Shown here: one piece after another, positions 36,681-49,413 of the stretch | Numbering within the stretch: position 1 is the stretch's first letter | Layout of the letters: every line of letters begins with the position of its first letter | NCBI RefSeq assembly: GCF_004010195.1 | Contig: NC_057719.1 | Coordinates: forward strand, 43,502,619-43,566,618 | Length of the DNA stretch: 64,000 bases | Direction: 5' to 3' | From: Chiloscyllium plagiosum | Taxonomy: Eukaryota | Notes under the pieces: generated by a model | The model's database searches: none | Told to the model about the DNA's origin: nothing | What the model saw: only the letters and a program-made list of their open reading frames with translations | Program-made: the position numbers and the translations under genes

Positions 36681-38816
36681 AAAGATTTATTAAAGAAAAT
36701 GGGCTTGAAGATTTGAGTGGCTCTATCTTGCTCTTATTTTGTACATTCTATGTCACATACTGTTTTCCATGTACTGACTTTGGACTGTTTTATGTTAAAG
36801 GCACTGGAATTGTAAATAATTGTCATTACTGTTGTTCTGGCACAAGATCACAGACTTGAAGCAGTTAACTGTGTTTCCATCACAGATACTGCCTGACCAA
36901 CAGCATATTTTCAACATTTTTTATTTAATTGTGTTGTCAACCTTCATAACTTATGTCACCTGACCTCCTTTATTTAACTGAGTTTAAAAATTATTATATT
37001 TAGTATCACTGAAATTTTCTCAAAAGTTGTGGTTTACTTAAATAAAGGGCTCTACATCTCTTCAGTTATTCTGACAGCTGATTTAGGATTCCTCAATTGT
37101 CCCTTTAATGGATTTTTCTGAACTGACACAATGTGCTAAATTTGGCCTAACCGAGGCTTTAGAATTTTATTAAAAATTGTATCCTAACGACCCATTTATT
37201 TTTGTATTATCTTGCTACACTGCTCTTCAACCCATGATAGCCTTTCTGCTGACTACATGCTCGGTAGTCTTGAGCATGTCATCCTACGTTGTGATGCATT
37301 CCACTAGTTCTTAAATTGTTCCATGGTTCTCATCTCTGAAATACTATCTTAAAGGCAATTCTGTGTTGATCTTTCTGACACGAGTACTATTATATATTAT
37401 ACTAGATTGAACCTGTCCTTTTGTGTGCCTCTCAAAATATGTTAATATTTAAGATTTACTTTCCCATATACTTGCATATTTCTAAAATATCATTCCCGAG
37501 ATTGAAAACTTACATTTCTCCATTTGTCCCTTGTAACTCAGATGGTTTACATTAAGAATCTGTGTAGGTTAAATCCCATAGACTGTGTCCTGCCCTTGCA
37601 TGCAACCAAAGCAGAATAATTAAGATGCAGTTTAATCAGAGCCGTATAAACTCTGCCATAACATTTTCTGACTTCTGCTTTGACTTTGTCAAACATTTAT
37701 TGGTTTTGTTGGCTATTGATCTACAGTGGGTTGGTAATGTTAAGCATCAAGCTTACCAAGGCTCCCAAGCACCTGAACTCCATCTAACTCCAATAAGTTG
37801 GAGAACAGCGCAGAAGCATACATAATACACAAATGTTGCACTTCAAAAGAAAAAGTCAGATCTTTAACATTTAGCCATTGCAACTAGCATCGAATCTAGC
37901 AATCTTTAATAAATTCAGAAAAAAAGTGTACTGAATTTATAAGTGGCCTTTTCTCACACAAGAATGCAATAAGTCCGATTGCTCTTTCCAGGTAAAAAAT
38001 GATTTACTTCTTTCATTTTAACATACTGTATTCACTACTCACAATGTGTTCTGGTATACATTCAAATACCCATTGCAGATTGGATGACCACTTTGCTGAA
38101 TACCTCCACTCCATCCACAAGTGTAACCCTGAGCTTCTGGTCACTGAGGCATTTTCATTCTTATCCTGACTTGTCCGTCCTTCACCTCCAAAACTGTTCT
38201 AATGAAGGTCAACAGAAACTCACAGCACAACACACTACCTTTCAATTAAGGCTTTGGAGTCCTCTGGACTGAAGTGAATTCGAAGTTTGCAGGTCAAATT
38301 CAATGCATGCATTTTTTTCAGTTAGTTTGTTGGTAATTATTTTGTTATTGTCACTTACACAGACCTTCCCATTGTTTCTTTCCTGCTGTCCTCCTTTTCA
38401 TTACTTTGTTTGCTTAAAACCCTATTCCATCTCTATTCTTTTTTTCCACTTCTGATGACAGATCAAACATAAATATTAACAGTTTCTCTTTCTGTAGACG
38501 CTAGCTGACCTACTAAGTCTTTACAGTATCCACAATATTTTGGTTTTGTTGTGTTTTTCAGTAATTAATTGATCTAGTAACAGGTGGATTGCATTGTCTT
38601 GAAAATGTTTACTATTTTAATTGAAGATCTGTAAAAAAATCAACGTAACATTTTCTATGGCTGCTGAAAATTGATTTCTGGAGAGATCTAATGAAGTAAC
38701 AAGTAGGATTGTTATGGTAACGACAACAAATCCCAGGGAGCCAGAGATAAAATTAATCAGAAACAGAGGTGAAAACAGTTTAGATTCAATGTGCTTCATA
38801 TATTTTCAATACTTAC

Positions 38817-38948
38817 CTTGTGACATCATCGACAGTGAGTGCCGGTATGTATCTTTGAAGCTGTTTCACTTGGGCACCAATTACAACTCCTCTGTACATT
38901 TCGTTTAAGCCAAAAGTTATATTTTTCAATATAAGTTTTTGGACCCCA
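38817..38948 (-). CDS. L2HGDH: L2HGDH exon 9
   Basis: (S)GVQKLILKNITFGLNEMYRGVVIGAQVKQLQRYIPALTVDDVT(R); 132 nt; acceptor ttaccag, donor gtaagt. Confidence 0.95.
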
Positions 38949-39567
38949 CTGGTAAAGACAAGATGGAGATATTTTTTGAGAATTTCAAAATGATTAAGCC
39001 CTAAATACAACCTGAACTTTCAAACTTTAACAAATAAAGAATTAAATATTTTTATAATAATTGAATGAATGATCATATTTTTCCTATTTAAAAATGTTTT
39101 CATACAAATGTATATGTAACACCATATACATCAAAATTGTTATAGAAAGAAGTGTATGATAGGAACCTGGAGTTATGTTATAGGATGGATTTTCTTCAAG
39201 AATACATAATTCTTAGAAAAATTACCATTTATGGGTAATGCACATTTCAGTTTTTTTTTAAGTCACTAATAGGCTTCGTGGCAAAGATAAACTGCTTTTA
39301 TGAACTTGTCTAACATTAGTAATTAAAAGTGCTATCGGATATGGGATTTGAACTGGAATATTATTATTTTCTTAGAGAAACGTAAAGTTTAAAATCTAAC
39401 TAATACATTTAATGAATGATTGTCACCTCAGAAGAATGAACTGGAATTTTAAGAGTGTATTCAATGTTGGAAGATAGAGATTGATATTAAAGCTGTTCAT
39501 GAATCCATCCTATTTCTAATCCATACACATATATTACAAAGACTCAAATCAGACACATAGTTCATAC

Positions 39568-39725
39568 CTATACGTTATGGCATCTGAAAAATCAAATGGG
39601 TCAAAGTCAAAAACATTGTAACCTTCCCGCTTAAATGCCAAAACTGCATTTGGTCCGAGCCAGACACTACCATCCATTCTGGGTGTAAAGTGCACACCAA
39701 GGAAAGGAAATTTTGGATCTGGAAC
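39568..39725 (-). CDS. L2HGDH: L2HGDH exon 8
   Basis: [52 protein letters not shown](S); 158 nt; acceptor tttatag, donor gtatga. Confidence 0.97.
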
Positions 39726-40929
39726 CTATAAAGCAAAAGATAACTTAAAGAATCATTGCTGAAATATTCAAAGACTCCCACTGAAGAAATGCATTTTGTT
39801 CTGATTGTTCAATTAAGTATTAAAAATTAAAAGAAATGGATACAATTTCTGACAAAGGCTTTGTTCATTGGACGATAATAGAGTTCAGGTACCATATTGC
39901 AGTGGCACTAGCCACAGTTTATCATTATGGAAAGAGTCCATTTACTGCACAGTGCCATTTTACTTGGTTTGCAAAATTAGAATGTAAATTTTAAATGCCT
40001 TGCTTCATACATAATGGCATCCACAGTTTTGGCATACTAGGCATTTTGCATCACTACAAAGCAATTCACAGCAAAAAAGAGCCACATATCAACAAAATAA
40101 ACTGCAGCTTGGGATGTCTTCCATTCCTTTATCTTTTCACACATCAATTATTTAATGCTCACTTTCACAGAGACCCTTGTCCCACAGCATTCTAAATTAT
40201 CCACAAATGCCTATTTGTGTGTGTATATATGTAAATAAATACACACACACACGAGAAAAGCTAATTGGTGGAACTTGCACCTTCCTGGTATGGCATGAGT
40301 AATGGCTGACAGAAATTAGGACTTTCTTGACCATTTGACCAGAGTTAGTGAGAGTTACCCAGTCAGGTACTTAGTCCTACCACAGCCACGGGATGTATGT
40401 CACTATGATATGGAAATTGGCCCAGCAGTTATGCTGGGCAAGTGGAACCTGTCAAAAACTGAAATGTGGATGGGCCAGGATGCGAGTGTCTGACTGGTCT
40501 ATGAGGTCCTGGACAAATTGGGCACTTCAAGTCTGCAGATGGGTTTCATTGCAATGGGTCATGAAAGGAACAATGACAGTGATTAAATTATTTATTATAA
40601 AGTGGCTCAACAGAAACAGTGGGAGACTGAAAGGTCATAGTGGCCACAGAGACATCAACACAAAAGGGAACAAGATGGATGGGGATGAAAACCTTGCCTT
40701 ACAGGCAAAGGCTATATCATTCATGAGAACATGGTATTGAAATCTTGCCATATCGGATCTAAAGTCACTGCTTAATAACTATGAAGAAAAATTGCTAACA
40801 CCATGTGCAAATTGGTGGTCTAAATTAGAAGAGTTTCTGCACAGAAAGAGGTCATACAGCTCACTAATGCCCATTCCATTCCCACTTTTCAGCACTTGTA
40901 TCCTTGCAAGTTATTTTCAAGCCCTGGTA

Positions 40930-41490
40930 ACATTCTTGAACTTCTCTTCACAGCAATTATGCCCTTACTATAAGGTGGTGACCAGAACTAAACATAACAC
41001 TCCAGTTGTGGCCTAACCAATGTCTTACATAATTCTAGCGTTGTGTTCCTACTATTGTATTCAATAACTCACCCAATGAAGGAATGAACCTCAATAGCTT
41101 CTTTATCATCTTATCTACTTGTTCTGCCACCTCAGCAACCCATGAACTGGCACTCCAAGGTTTCTCACTTACTCTACCCTCTCAATACCCTCCCACGTAT
41201 CTCCTCGTTCTGTTGCCCTCCCCAAATGTATAATCTCACACTCCTGTGAAATGAATTCCATTTGCCATTTTTCCACCTACTCAACCCATAGGTGACAGCC
41301 ATCCTCTTCATGATGAATAATTGCACAGATATCCTTTGTGGCATCTATAAATTCCCCAATCATGCCTCCCACATTCAAGACTAAATCACTTACATAACAT
41401 GCACCAAACACAGAGTCATGTGCAATACAATTGCAAACCACTTTCCATTCAAAAATTTAACTACCTGCCAACTTTTGTTTCCTGGGGGGA
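40930..41490 (-). mobile_element. Old CR1 RT fragment
   Basis: Diverged relics of CR1 LEYxVxFWSP and WQMEF motifs on the minus strand. Confidence 0.55.
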
Positions 41491-42989
41491 TATTACAGCA
41501 TAACCTTAACCCCAATGTAGCATTAAAACTTTGATTGAACACATATCTCAGAGTTTCTTATGCAGGCATAACAATGTCCTTGGGAAGCCTCCACACCATA
41601 CTGTGGTATGGTATAACATGAAGCTTCATTAATTTGGATGTGAAGTCTGAGGAGTTCCTTCAAAAACCGATTGGCAAAAGGTCTGTATCTGCAAAACATT
41701 GTGCAAACTTTCCTTTCATTTCCAGAGTAATGTTGTACCACAACGTGAAGGGCTGTTCCTGGATTGCAGGCTGGACTTTAAATATGGCACCGTAGCATGA
41801 ATCTCTGGTAGATTCAAGCACTTCCTACTCTTCTGTTGTGCCTGTAATGTGATTCAACAAGAAGGGTGCCAAAGAACTATGTTGCATGATGAATAAGTTA
41901 AAGAGTGGAAAATTGCATCAGAAATGTTGCTCCAAGCCATGGATCACATTTGACAAAACACTTCACCTGCAAATGGTAAAAGTGCATCCTTTGGGGTTCT
42001 GTTACTTCAGTTCTTATATTGCTGTCTATACTCTAATGAGAAAATCACTTTCCTTCATGAAAATACATTTTGATACATAGACAGTTATTGATAAGACAAC
42101 ATTTATTGACAGTCTTGACAATCTGTGAAAGTCCAAAGGCTTTATGCAATCTTTATGTGTAATCTTAATATTTAAAAGTCTCAAAGAGTCCCTGATGACA
42201 CCTCAAAAAGGTCTCTGAATCCACCCCCAAAGAATATCAGACACCCAACCTGATGCAGCCGACCCAGCTCCCCATCTCCAAAGTTGCCTGGGATCAGGGA
42301 TAACTCAAATGTTCAAGAGAGTACCCTGGTGATCTAAAAGAAATGCACTGAGGACCAGCCTGCTTTTACCTGGTCTAATCTCCACATTGTGGTTTTCAAA
42401 ATCCAATGTCAGTGGAGGCAGTTGGTCAGTTAAATGATCAATAGCCTCAGGGAGTGTACATGTTATAAGTAGAACCCACTTACCAACAGGTCTCCTGCAA
42501 AAGTGAGAGGGGACGGGTTTGGGGCAGGATTGGGATTCCCAACTTCTTCTGGCATTTTGCCACAATAGAGGTGTTCTGCATCATGGTGAAAACCAGAGTG
42601 TTAGTGTTTCAAGCATTTGAGTTTATATCCAAATGAGACAATGGAATTTGAGAGAGATATCACTCAACCTTGCAACTTCTCTTTCTGGATATAAGCTTTA
42701 ATTGCAGTGCAATTGGCCATGCTGTTCTTTTCCAAATTAACTACCCAAACCCAAACATATATTTTAATACTTCTACCCAATTATATCTGTATTCTATCAA
42801 AACAAAAAAACAAATGGTTTTAAAAATGTATTTGAAGAAGTGTCACTGGACCTGAAAAGTTAAGTCTGCTTTTGTTCCACAGATGCTGCCAGACCTGCTG
42901 AGGTTTCCTAGCAATGTCTGTTTTTGTTGAGAATCTCCTGTGTAGTTGCTAAAGTCAAAATAAACATCATATATATTTCAAATACTTAC

Positions 42990-43157
42990 AGGATAAATGT
43001 TGCCTTTGACTAAGTAGTGTTTTTCAGGTTTTAGCACCAAGTAATCTCCCCGAAAAGGCACTATTCGTGGCTCACTACTACAGCCAGATTTCTGGGACAG
43101 CCTGTCTGAATATAGACCACCACATGTCACAACATAGCTGCAATGTATTGCAGGTTC
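42990..43157 (-). CDS. L2HGDH: L2HGDH exon 7
   Basis: [56 protein letters not shown]; 168 nt; acceptor ttaacag, donor gtaagt. Confidence 0.97.
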
Positions 43158-45447
43158 CTGTTAAAAAAGGCACAGACAAGCCATTAATTACCTACCCATT
43201 AAATGGATTAAGCATGTATCACAAGAAGTATGATAAGATTAGATATATTCATAACATTTCGTCTGTGGCTCTTTCAAGGTAGATCTGAATTGAACAGTAA
43301 TTATGTTTTTTAAAAAGTAAATGCAGTATATTGAGGCAGGGTAAGCAAATGCACCACATGGGCAGGATGGATCTAGTTTCAAACTTAGGCCCATGTGGAA
43401 CCAAAGCCATTATACAGAAATTACAATTGCCCTTATAAGTAGCAATAATTAATTTGCTTGATCAGATAAAATGAACAAAACATTTGAAACTTGCTCTATT
43501 GAAATGGTCAGATGGTGACCTAATCATTGGAAAATTGCTGGGCCCTCGGTCAGTATTTTCTGTGCTATTTGAAGGGACATTGTGTTGTAACTGGTGACAT
43601 AGTGTGTCTGGGTTAAGTTCTGATTTAAAACAGATGCAGTATATTAAATGTGCAATGTACTATTTGTCAGCTAAACAAAATGTGGTTGATCACGCTGTTA
43701 CCACATTATGCTGTGTAAATATCATACAGTTGACTAAATAACCAAACAAAAAGCATGGAAATAGCTTATATACATAGTCTGAACAAGTTAGCCTGAGGTC
43801 AAGGTTGATTAAACCCGAAGGTAAAGGCTCTTTCTACTAAAAACAAACAAATGTCTTAATGCGCAAAAGACTAAACTAACTATAGTAGATGACACATTTG
43901 TGATGTCTGCCAATGGCCAAATCAATTGTTGAGGAGCGGACAGTTTTGAGATTTGGTTTCACATGCCGCTTGCATGGAAAAGGAATATAAGAAAGGATGC
44001 TTCAGAATGCTAATTAGCCAGCTGAGGAATGGAAGTCACAGTGATTGGAAGCTGAGGTGAAGCAGCTGATCATATTTCAGTCTGGTCCTCAGACTAGTCC
44101 ACATAAACAGTTTCACTCATGATTGTGAGCATTGCATGTGTAAGCTGGTGATATATGACTATTATTGTTATATTTTGCAGTATACCTTGCTTGACTAAAG
44201 AACAAATAAGTATATCACATTGTTAGTGTTGCATGGATTATTAATATCCAGAGTAAACTTGAAATACCAGGGAAAATAGGAATTAAAGCCTACATTCTCA
44301 GCAGCCTTATTATTTGAAGAGAGGAATGATGGTGGTAGTAAAAAGGAGGAAAGAAAGAGTGGACAACCATGTTTCATCCCACTTATCCAAAATGAAAATA
44401 AATGAACATTTTGCCTCAAAATACAAATTAGAAATTGTGGTTTGATCTGCTAAGGCAATCACTAAGCAGATGAAAGAGACAGCCAATAAATGGCAATCCA
44501 ATAAAAGTGAGAGACCATATCAAAAGCTTCTTTACTCTATATTTCTTCCTTACTCCTCACTCTTCAAACAAATAACAGTAGTTATATACTGTCTTCAAAA
44601 ATTGATTGTATTTGTCTGAACCCAGATGATGAGCATAAAAAAAAAACAAACCAGTACCTGGTAATATGGTTCATAAATGTAATGTACCATTTTTCCCTGA
44701 GCTTCAAATCCAAAGAGAGTTTCGACCCCATAATTATCCCATCACTTAGACCATCCAGTCCCACTTTTACAACTCAAACATGTGTATCTATTTTAGACTT
44801 CACTTCTGTAATACTCACTTATGTTTTTAACCCCTTCATTCCATCAATATTTTTTCCAAGGATCTCTTTCCAGATGTCATATAGTCATAGAAGTCTACAG
44901 CACAGAAAAAGGGCATTGAGCCCATCAAGTCTGCACCAGTCCTGAGCTCTGCCCAGTAAAACTTCCACTGCGTCCAGAATTTCACGACCCACAAACAAGT
45001 CCATAATAAGTAATGCTCACATATCATCCTTTTCCTCAACAATTTTCAGTCACTTTACATCCTGTACTGCACTGAATTCACTGAAATTATAATCTTTTCT
45101 GCTCTTTAGAAATTAGAAGCTCCTGGATTCTGCTGTCTTCCAGAAAATCTCTAATTGGGTTTAAACTTACTCCCATCTTCAAACGCTTCCTCAATTTTAC
45201 ATTGTATTTGGTACTTTCCTCGCATTGTGATGGAAGTAGGCCTGTTCTGTTCTGATTAAAATGTTAATGTGGCATCTTACAGAAATTAATCAAATGAATC
45301 CTTAAGATCAGACACACCCAATAGTTATGATCAGGATTACAATCTTTCCTAATTGCTATCAACCAGTGTCAGCATGCAGCATTCCAAAGCTGGGTGTGCC
45401 AAGAATAAATAGATAGAAAGTTGCCTCAACAATTTTTTTCAATTTCA

Positions 45448-46386
45448 AGTTAGGTGGGAAGATGAACTGTGATGGGGATGCAGAGATCCTCCAGCATGAT
45501 CTGGATAAGTTGGGTCAGTGGGCAAATCAATGGCAGATGCAGTAAAAGGTTAAATGTGAGATTAATCACTTTGGAAGCAAAAACAAGAAGGCAGATTACT
45601 ACTTGAATGGCCGTAAATTGGGAGAGGGGAGTGTGCAGCAGGACACCATTCACTGAAGGTAAGCTTGCAGGTGCAGCAGGCCGTAAAGAAGGCAAATGGT
45701 ATGTTGGTCTTCATTGCGAGAGGTTGAATACAGGAGCAGGGATATGCTGTTACAATTATACAGGGCTTTGGTGAAGCCACACCTAGAATATTGTATGCAG
45801 TTTTGGTCTCCTCCGGAAGGATACTCTTGCTCTTGAGTGAGTGCAGCGAAGGTTTACCAGGCTGATTCTAGAAATGTCAGGACAGACACATGAGGAGAGA
45901 TTGACCAGGTTAGGATGGTCTTCACTGGAGTTCAGATGACTGAGGGGGACCTCGTAGAGACTTAAAAAATTCTAACAAAAACTAGACAGGATTGATGCAA
46001 GGAGGATGTTCCCCATGGATGTGTGTCCAGAGTCATTATAAATGGTTTCATGCTTTTGTCATTTTTATTGAAAGTTGAACTGAGCTTGCTCTAAATAATG
46101 TAATGGAGAGCTTTTTAGCTAGAGGAAGGAGTGTACTTAATTATGAGCTGCATTCATACCCGCAGGTGGTGAATCTAGGGAACTCAATGCCGCAGAAAGT
46201 TATGGAGGCCAAGTCATTGAATGTATTTCAGACAGAGATAGGTAGATTCTTTATTAATAGGGGAATCAATGGTTTTGGGAAGAAGGCAGGAGAATGGAGC
46301 TGAGCAATATATATCAGCCATGATCAAACAGTGGAGCAGACATAATAAGCCAAATGGGTTAATTCTGCTTCTCGATCTTATGGTCT
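45448..46386 (+). mobile_element. CR1 LINE 3' fragment, split by about 120 bp of other sequence
   Basis: LQHDLDKLGQWANQWQM and [19 protein letters not shown] relics; 3' tail CTTATGGTCT. Confidence 0.8.
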
Positions 46387-46547
46387 GAATGTATAAAATC
46401 ATTACAATTTGTTCTCTAGTTTTTAAGATAACATGCAATTTAGGTTAATTACAAACATTTAATTTGTTTCAAATTCAGCTGGAAAATGTACTGCCATTAT
46501 GTCTTATATCTACATGTTCTTCCATTTAAGATAATGAAAAACATTAC

Positions 46548-46582
46548 CTTTGAACTCTTGATTGTAATTGGATATTTTAGAC
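46548..46582 (-). CDS. L2HGDH: L2HGDH exon 6 (35-nt small exon)
   Basis: (G)LKYPITIKSSK (human GMQYPIVIKNTK); acceptor gttctag, donor gtaatg; phases fit exons 5 and 7. Confidence 0.92.
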
Positions 46583-47840
46583 CTAGAACACAAAAACATT
46601 TTCGAGTCAAAAAGAGGAATAATTGACTATTTTGGACCATATTAATAATATTGAATTTCACAAGTATAATTACTACAATATATTATAAGCTATAAGTTAT
46701 AAACAACAAATGTACTTCTAAATTTTAACAAAAAATAGCTTTAGTATATTTTGTTTTGCAAGTTGTACTGACTAAATTAAAAGTAAATAATTTAAATTAT
46801 ATATGATTGCTAAACAGAACTTAAGACTACTTCAAATTTAAATTTGATCATAATATGTTAATCAAGATAAAAAAACAGTCATAGAGTCATGTCATATTTT
46901 ACTTCAAAGTCACTACTGTCCCAGAGGATAGGAGGACTGCTCTCTAATTAGAGACAGAAGGCTTGTGGTGGTTTAACCTGAGGGTTACCACATCTCAAAT
47001 GCAGGACAAGGTTGAGAAGACAGAATCTTACTGGTACCTGCAATGGTGTGGGAATTCAATTCATGCTGCTGGTGACAGTCTGCATTGCAAACCAGCTGTT
47101 TAGCCAACTGAACTAACCAACCCTTCCTTTTGTGAAGGATATTCATCCTTTGGTTTTATTTTCCCTTCAAGATATCCAGTAATTCCAGGTCTAATTTTGT
47201 ACAGAACAGATGCAACTTAGTTCATTCTCTTTAACTCATCATCACACCCACTGTAAGAGAATTATTCCCAACTGGAATAACTTGATTTTTCCAAGCACAA
47301 TTTCCACATCAGACTGGAATGTTGAAGATATTTTGTGTACGGTTTTATGCCTTCAATAGATTAAGTGTTTTAATTTGTAAGTACAAACATGAGTAATTTC
47401 ATCCCACTGTATAAAAGGACAGCATGATAACCCACTGTTACATGCATCCATTTATCAAAAATATTCCACAGTTTATGAAATCTTATGCAATACTACTCAT
47501 TTCTACAATGTCTTCAAACTTTGATTCAGACTGTGGTGCAGCTTCAAAACTGGTTCAACATTATAAATGTGGTGTTGGAATCATCAGGAAGACATGACCT
47601 TTCATGGTAAATTACCATTTACTCATTTTTGAGAAGATAACACAAATTTGAGATTTTTCCCACCTCGAAAGACAAAAGATAGCAGATGCACGTCATTATG
47701 TCCTACAAGTTTCCTTCCAAGCTACACATAATCCTGACTTTTGTTGCTTCTATTTTAATAACTGTGCCTAAATAGTCTTAAACTTCAAAAAACTTACTCT
47801 GATCAATAACAAAACATCAAGAATTGTGCATTGCCCTTAC

Positions 47841-48003
47841 CATCTGTGGAACTTTCAGGACTTTCCTTAGTTAGTTGAAAGTCAGTTACTTCAAATTCTG
47901 TTTTAACAGTCCCACCCATTTCACAAAAATCTTTTCCATATGACAGGGCCACCTCTCTCCAATCTACAATGCCTGTATTTGGAGAATCCAAAGCCAACAA
48001 ACC
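47841..48003 (-). CDS. L2HGDH: L2HGDH exon 5
   Basis: GLLALDSPNTGIVDWREVALSYGKDFCEMGGTVKTEFEVTDFQLTKESPESSTD(G); 163 nt; acceptor aatgtag, donor gtaagg. Confidence 0.97.
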
Positions 48004-48196
48004 CTACATTTCACAAAGAGAGAGAAAATATAATGCAAGAAAATGTGTACACAAAAAATTATTGTCCTACTATCATATCTCATCTTTAGCTTATTTATTT
48101 AACATCAATATAGTTTGTGTCCTTTTAAAACCTAGAAGCTTTTTGTTTGAGGCTGTAACTTAAAAGTTAAAATTTAATAAATCTATTATTTAAGAA

Positions 48197-48411
48197 TCAC
48201 ACAACACCAGGTTATAGTCCAACAGGTTTAATTGGAAGCACACTAGCTTTCGGAGCGCCGCTCCTTCATGCCTGATGAACAACCACCTGATGAAGGAGCG
48301 TCGCTCCGAAAGCTAGTGTGCTTCCAATCAAACCTGTTGGACTATAACCTGGTGCTGTGTGATTTTTAACTTTGTACACCCCAGTCCAACACCGGCATCT
48401 CCAAATCATGA
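48197..48411 (+). mobile_element. Young fold-back PLE pLTR element with hammerhead
   Basis: 14-bp TSD CTATTATT(T/G)AAGAA (48183-48196, 48412-48425); inverted arms of about 75 bp; intact core CTGATGAAGGAGCGTCGCTCCGAAAGCTA at 48287-48315. Confidence 0.85.
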
Positions 48412-48504
48412 CTATTATTGAAGAAACCTAGAACTGAAATTCAAAGAAAATAAATGCAAAGAACATCAAATACTTTGTGACTTTAGCTTGATTTAGATTT
48501 TGAT

Positions 48505-48905
48505 AAACATTTCAGAAGTTTAAGAAGTTTTTGCTCAAAAACTGCATGAATCCATGTAAAATTTTGTAAATCCATTTTTTAGATTAGAATCAGTCTGACC
48601 ATTGAGGCACAGACAGTCTCACACAGGGCACCTCACACCTTAAATGCATTATCTAGGCTGACATGACACCAGTTGTTAAAGTTCACTTGAGAATATAACT
48701 TTTAAAGAAGTTTTGAGATGTTCATTCTAAAAGATGAGAGACTTAACAAACAATCCAGGTCTTTTTTAATATATAATTTCAGTAACATCACACTGTAAAC
48801 TTCTGCTATAAATTCTGTGTCTTCCAAGTAAACTTGTTGGACTATAACATGGCATTGAGAGATTTTTAACTTTGTACACCCCAGTCTAACACCGGCATCT
48901 CCAAA
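48505..48905 (+). mobile_element. Non-autonomous PLE-family fragment
   Basis: Homologous to 614-1060 (reverse) and 52730-53170. Confidence 0.65.
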
Positions 48906-49413
48906 CCATTTCTGCATTTTGTTTTGATATCAAGTCAACAGCACAAATTATCCAACATTCTTTTCATTTATTTTGTTAAATGTATAATGTTAATATAAGC
49001 ATACTAATAAAAATGCTAAATGTCATTCAGTACAAATTGCACTTTCCTATAATTATATTCTAATGTGAAGATAAAGTTGCCATAGTCTCAGAGTACCATA
49101 GGGCTGCTCCCTTATTAGAGAGAGAACTGACATTCAGTTTAACCTGAGGGTCATTATACCTCAGGTGAAGGACAAGGTTGCGAACATGGGATCTTAATGT
49201 TGACCTGAGCCAGCATGGGAATTGAACCCATTCTTCTGATGTAAAAACTTTAAAAATTACAATAAGGAAACTCCTCCAAAATAGTATTTTCTACTTTATT
49301 GTCTCAACTTCCTTTAAAGAACAGATGGACGGACACTCGCTCTCTCTCCAAACCCCACCCCTCCTCACATGCAAACACACACACATCTATAGTTATGGGG
49401 TGAATTTACATTT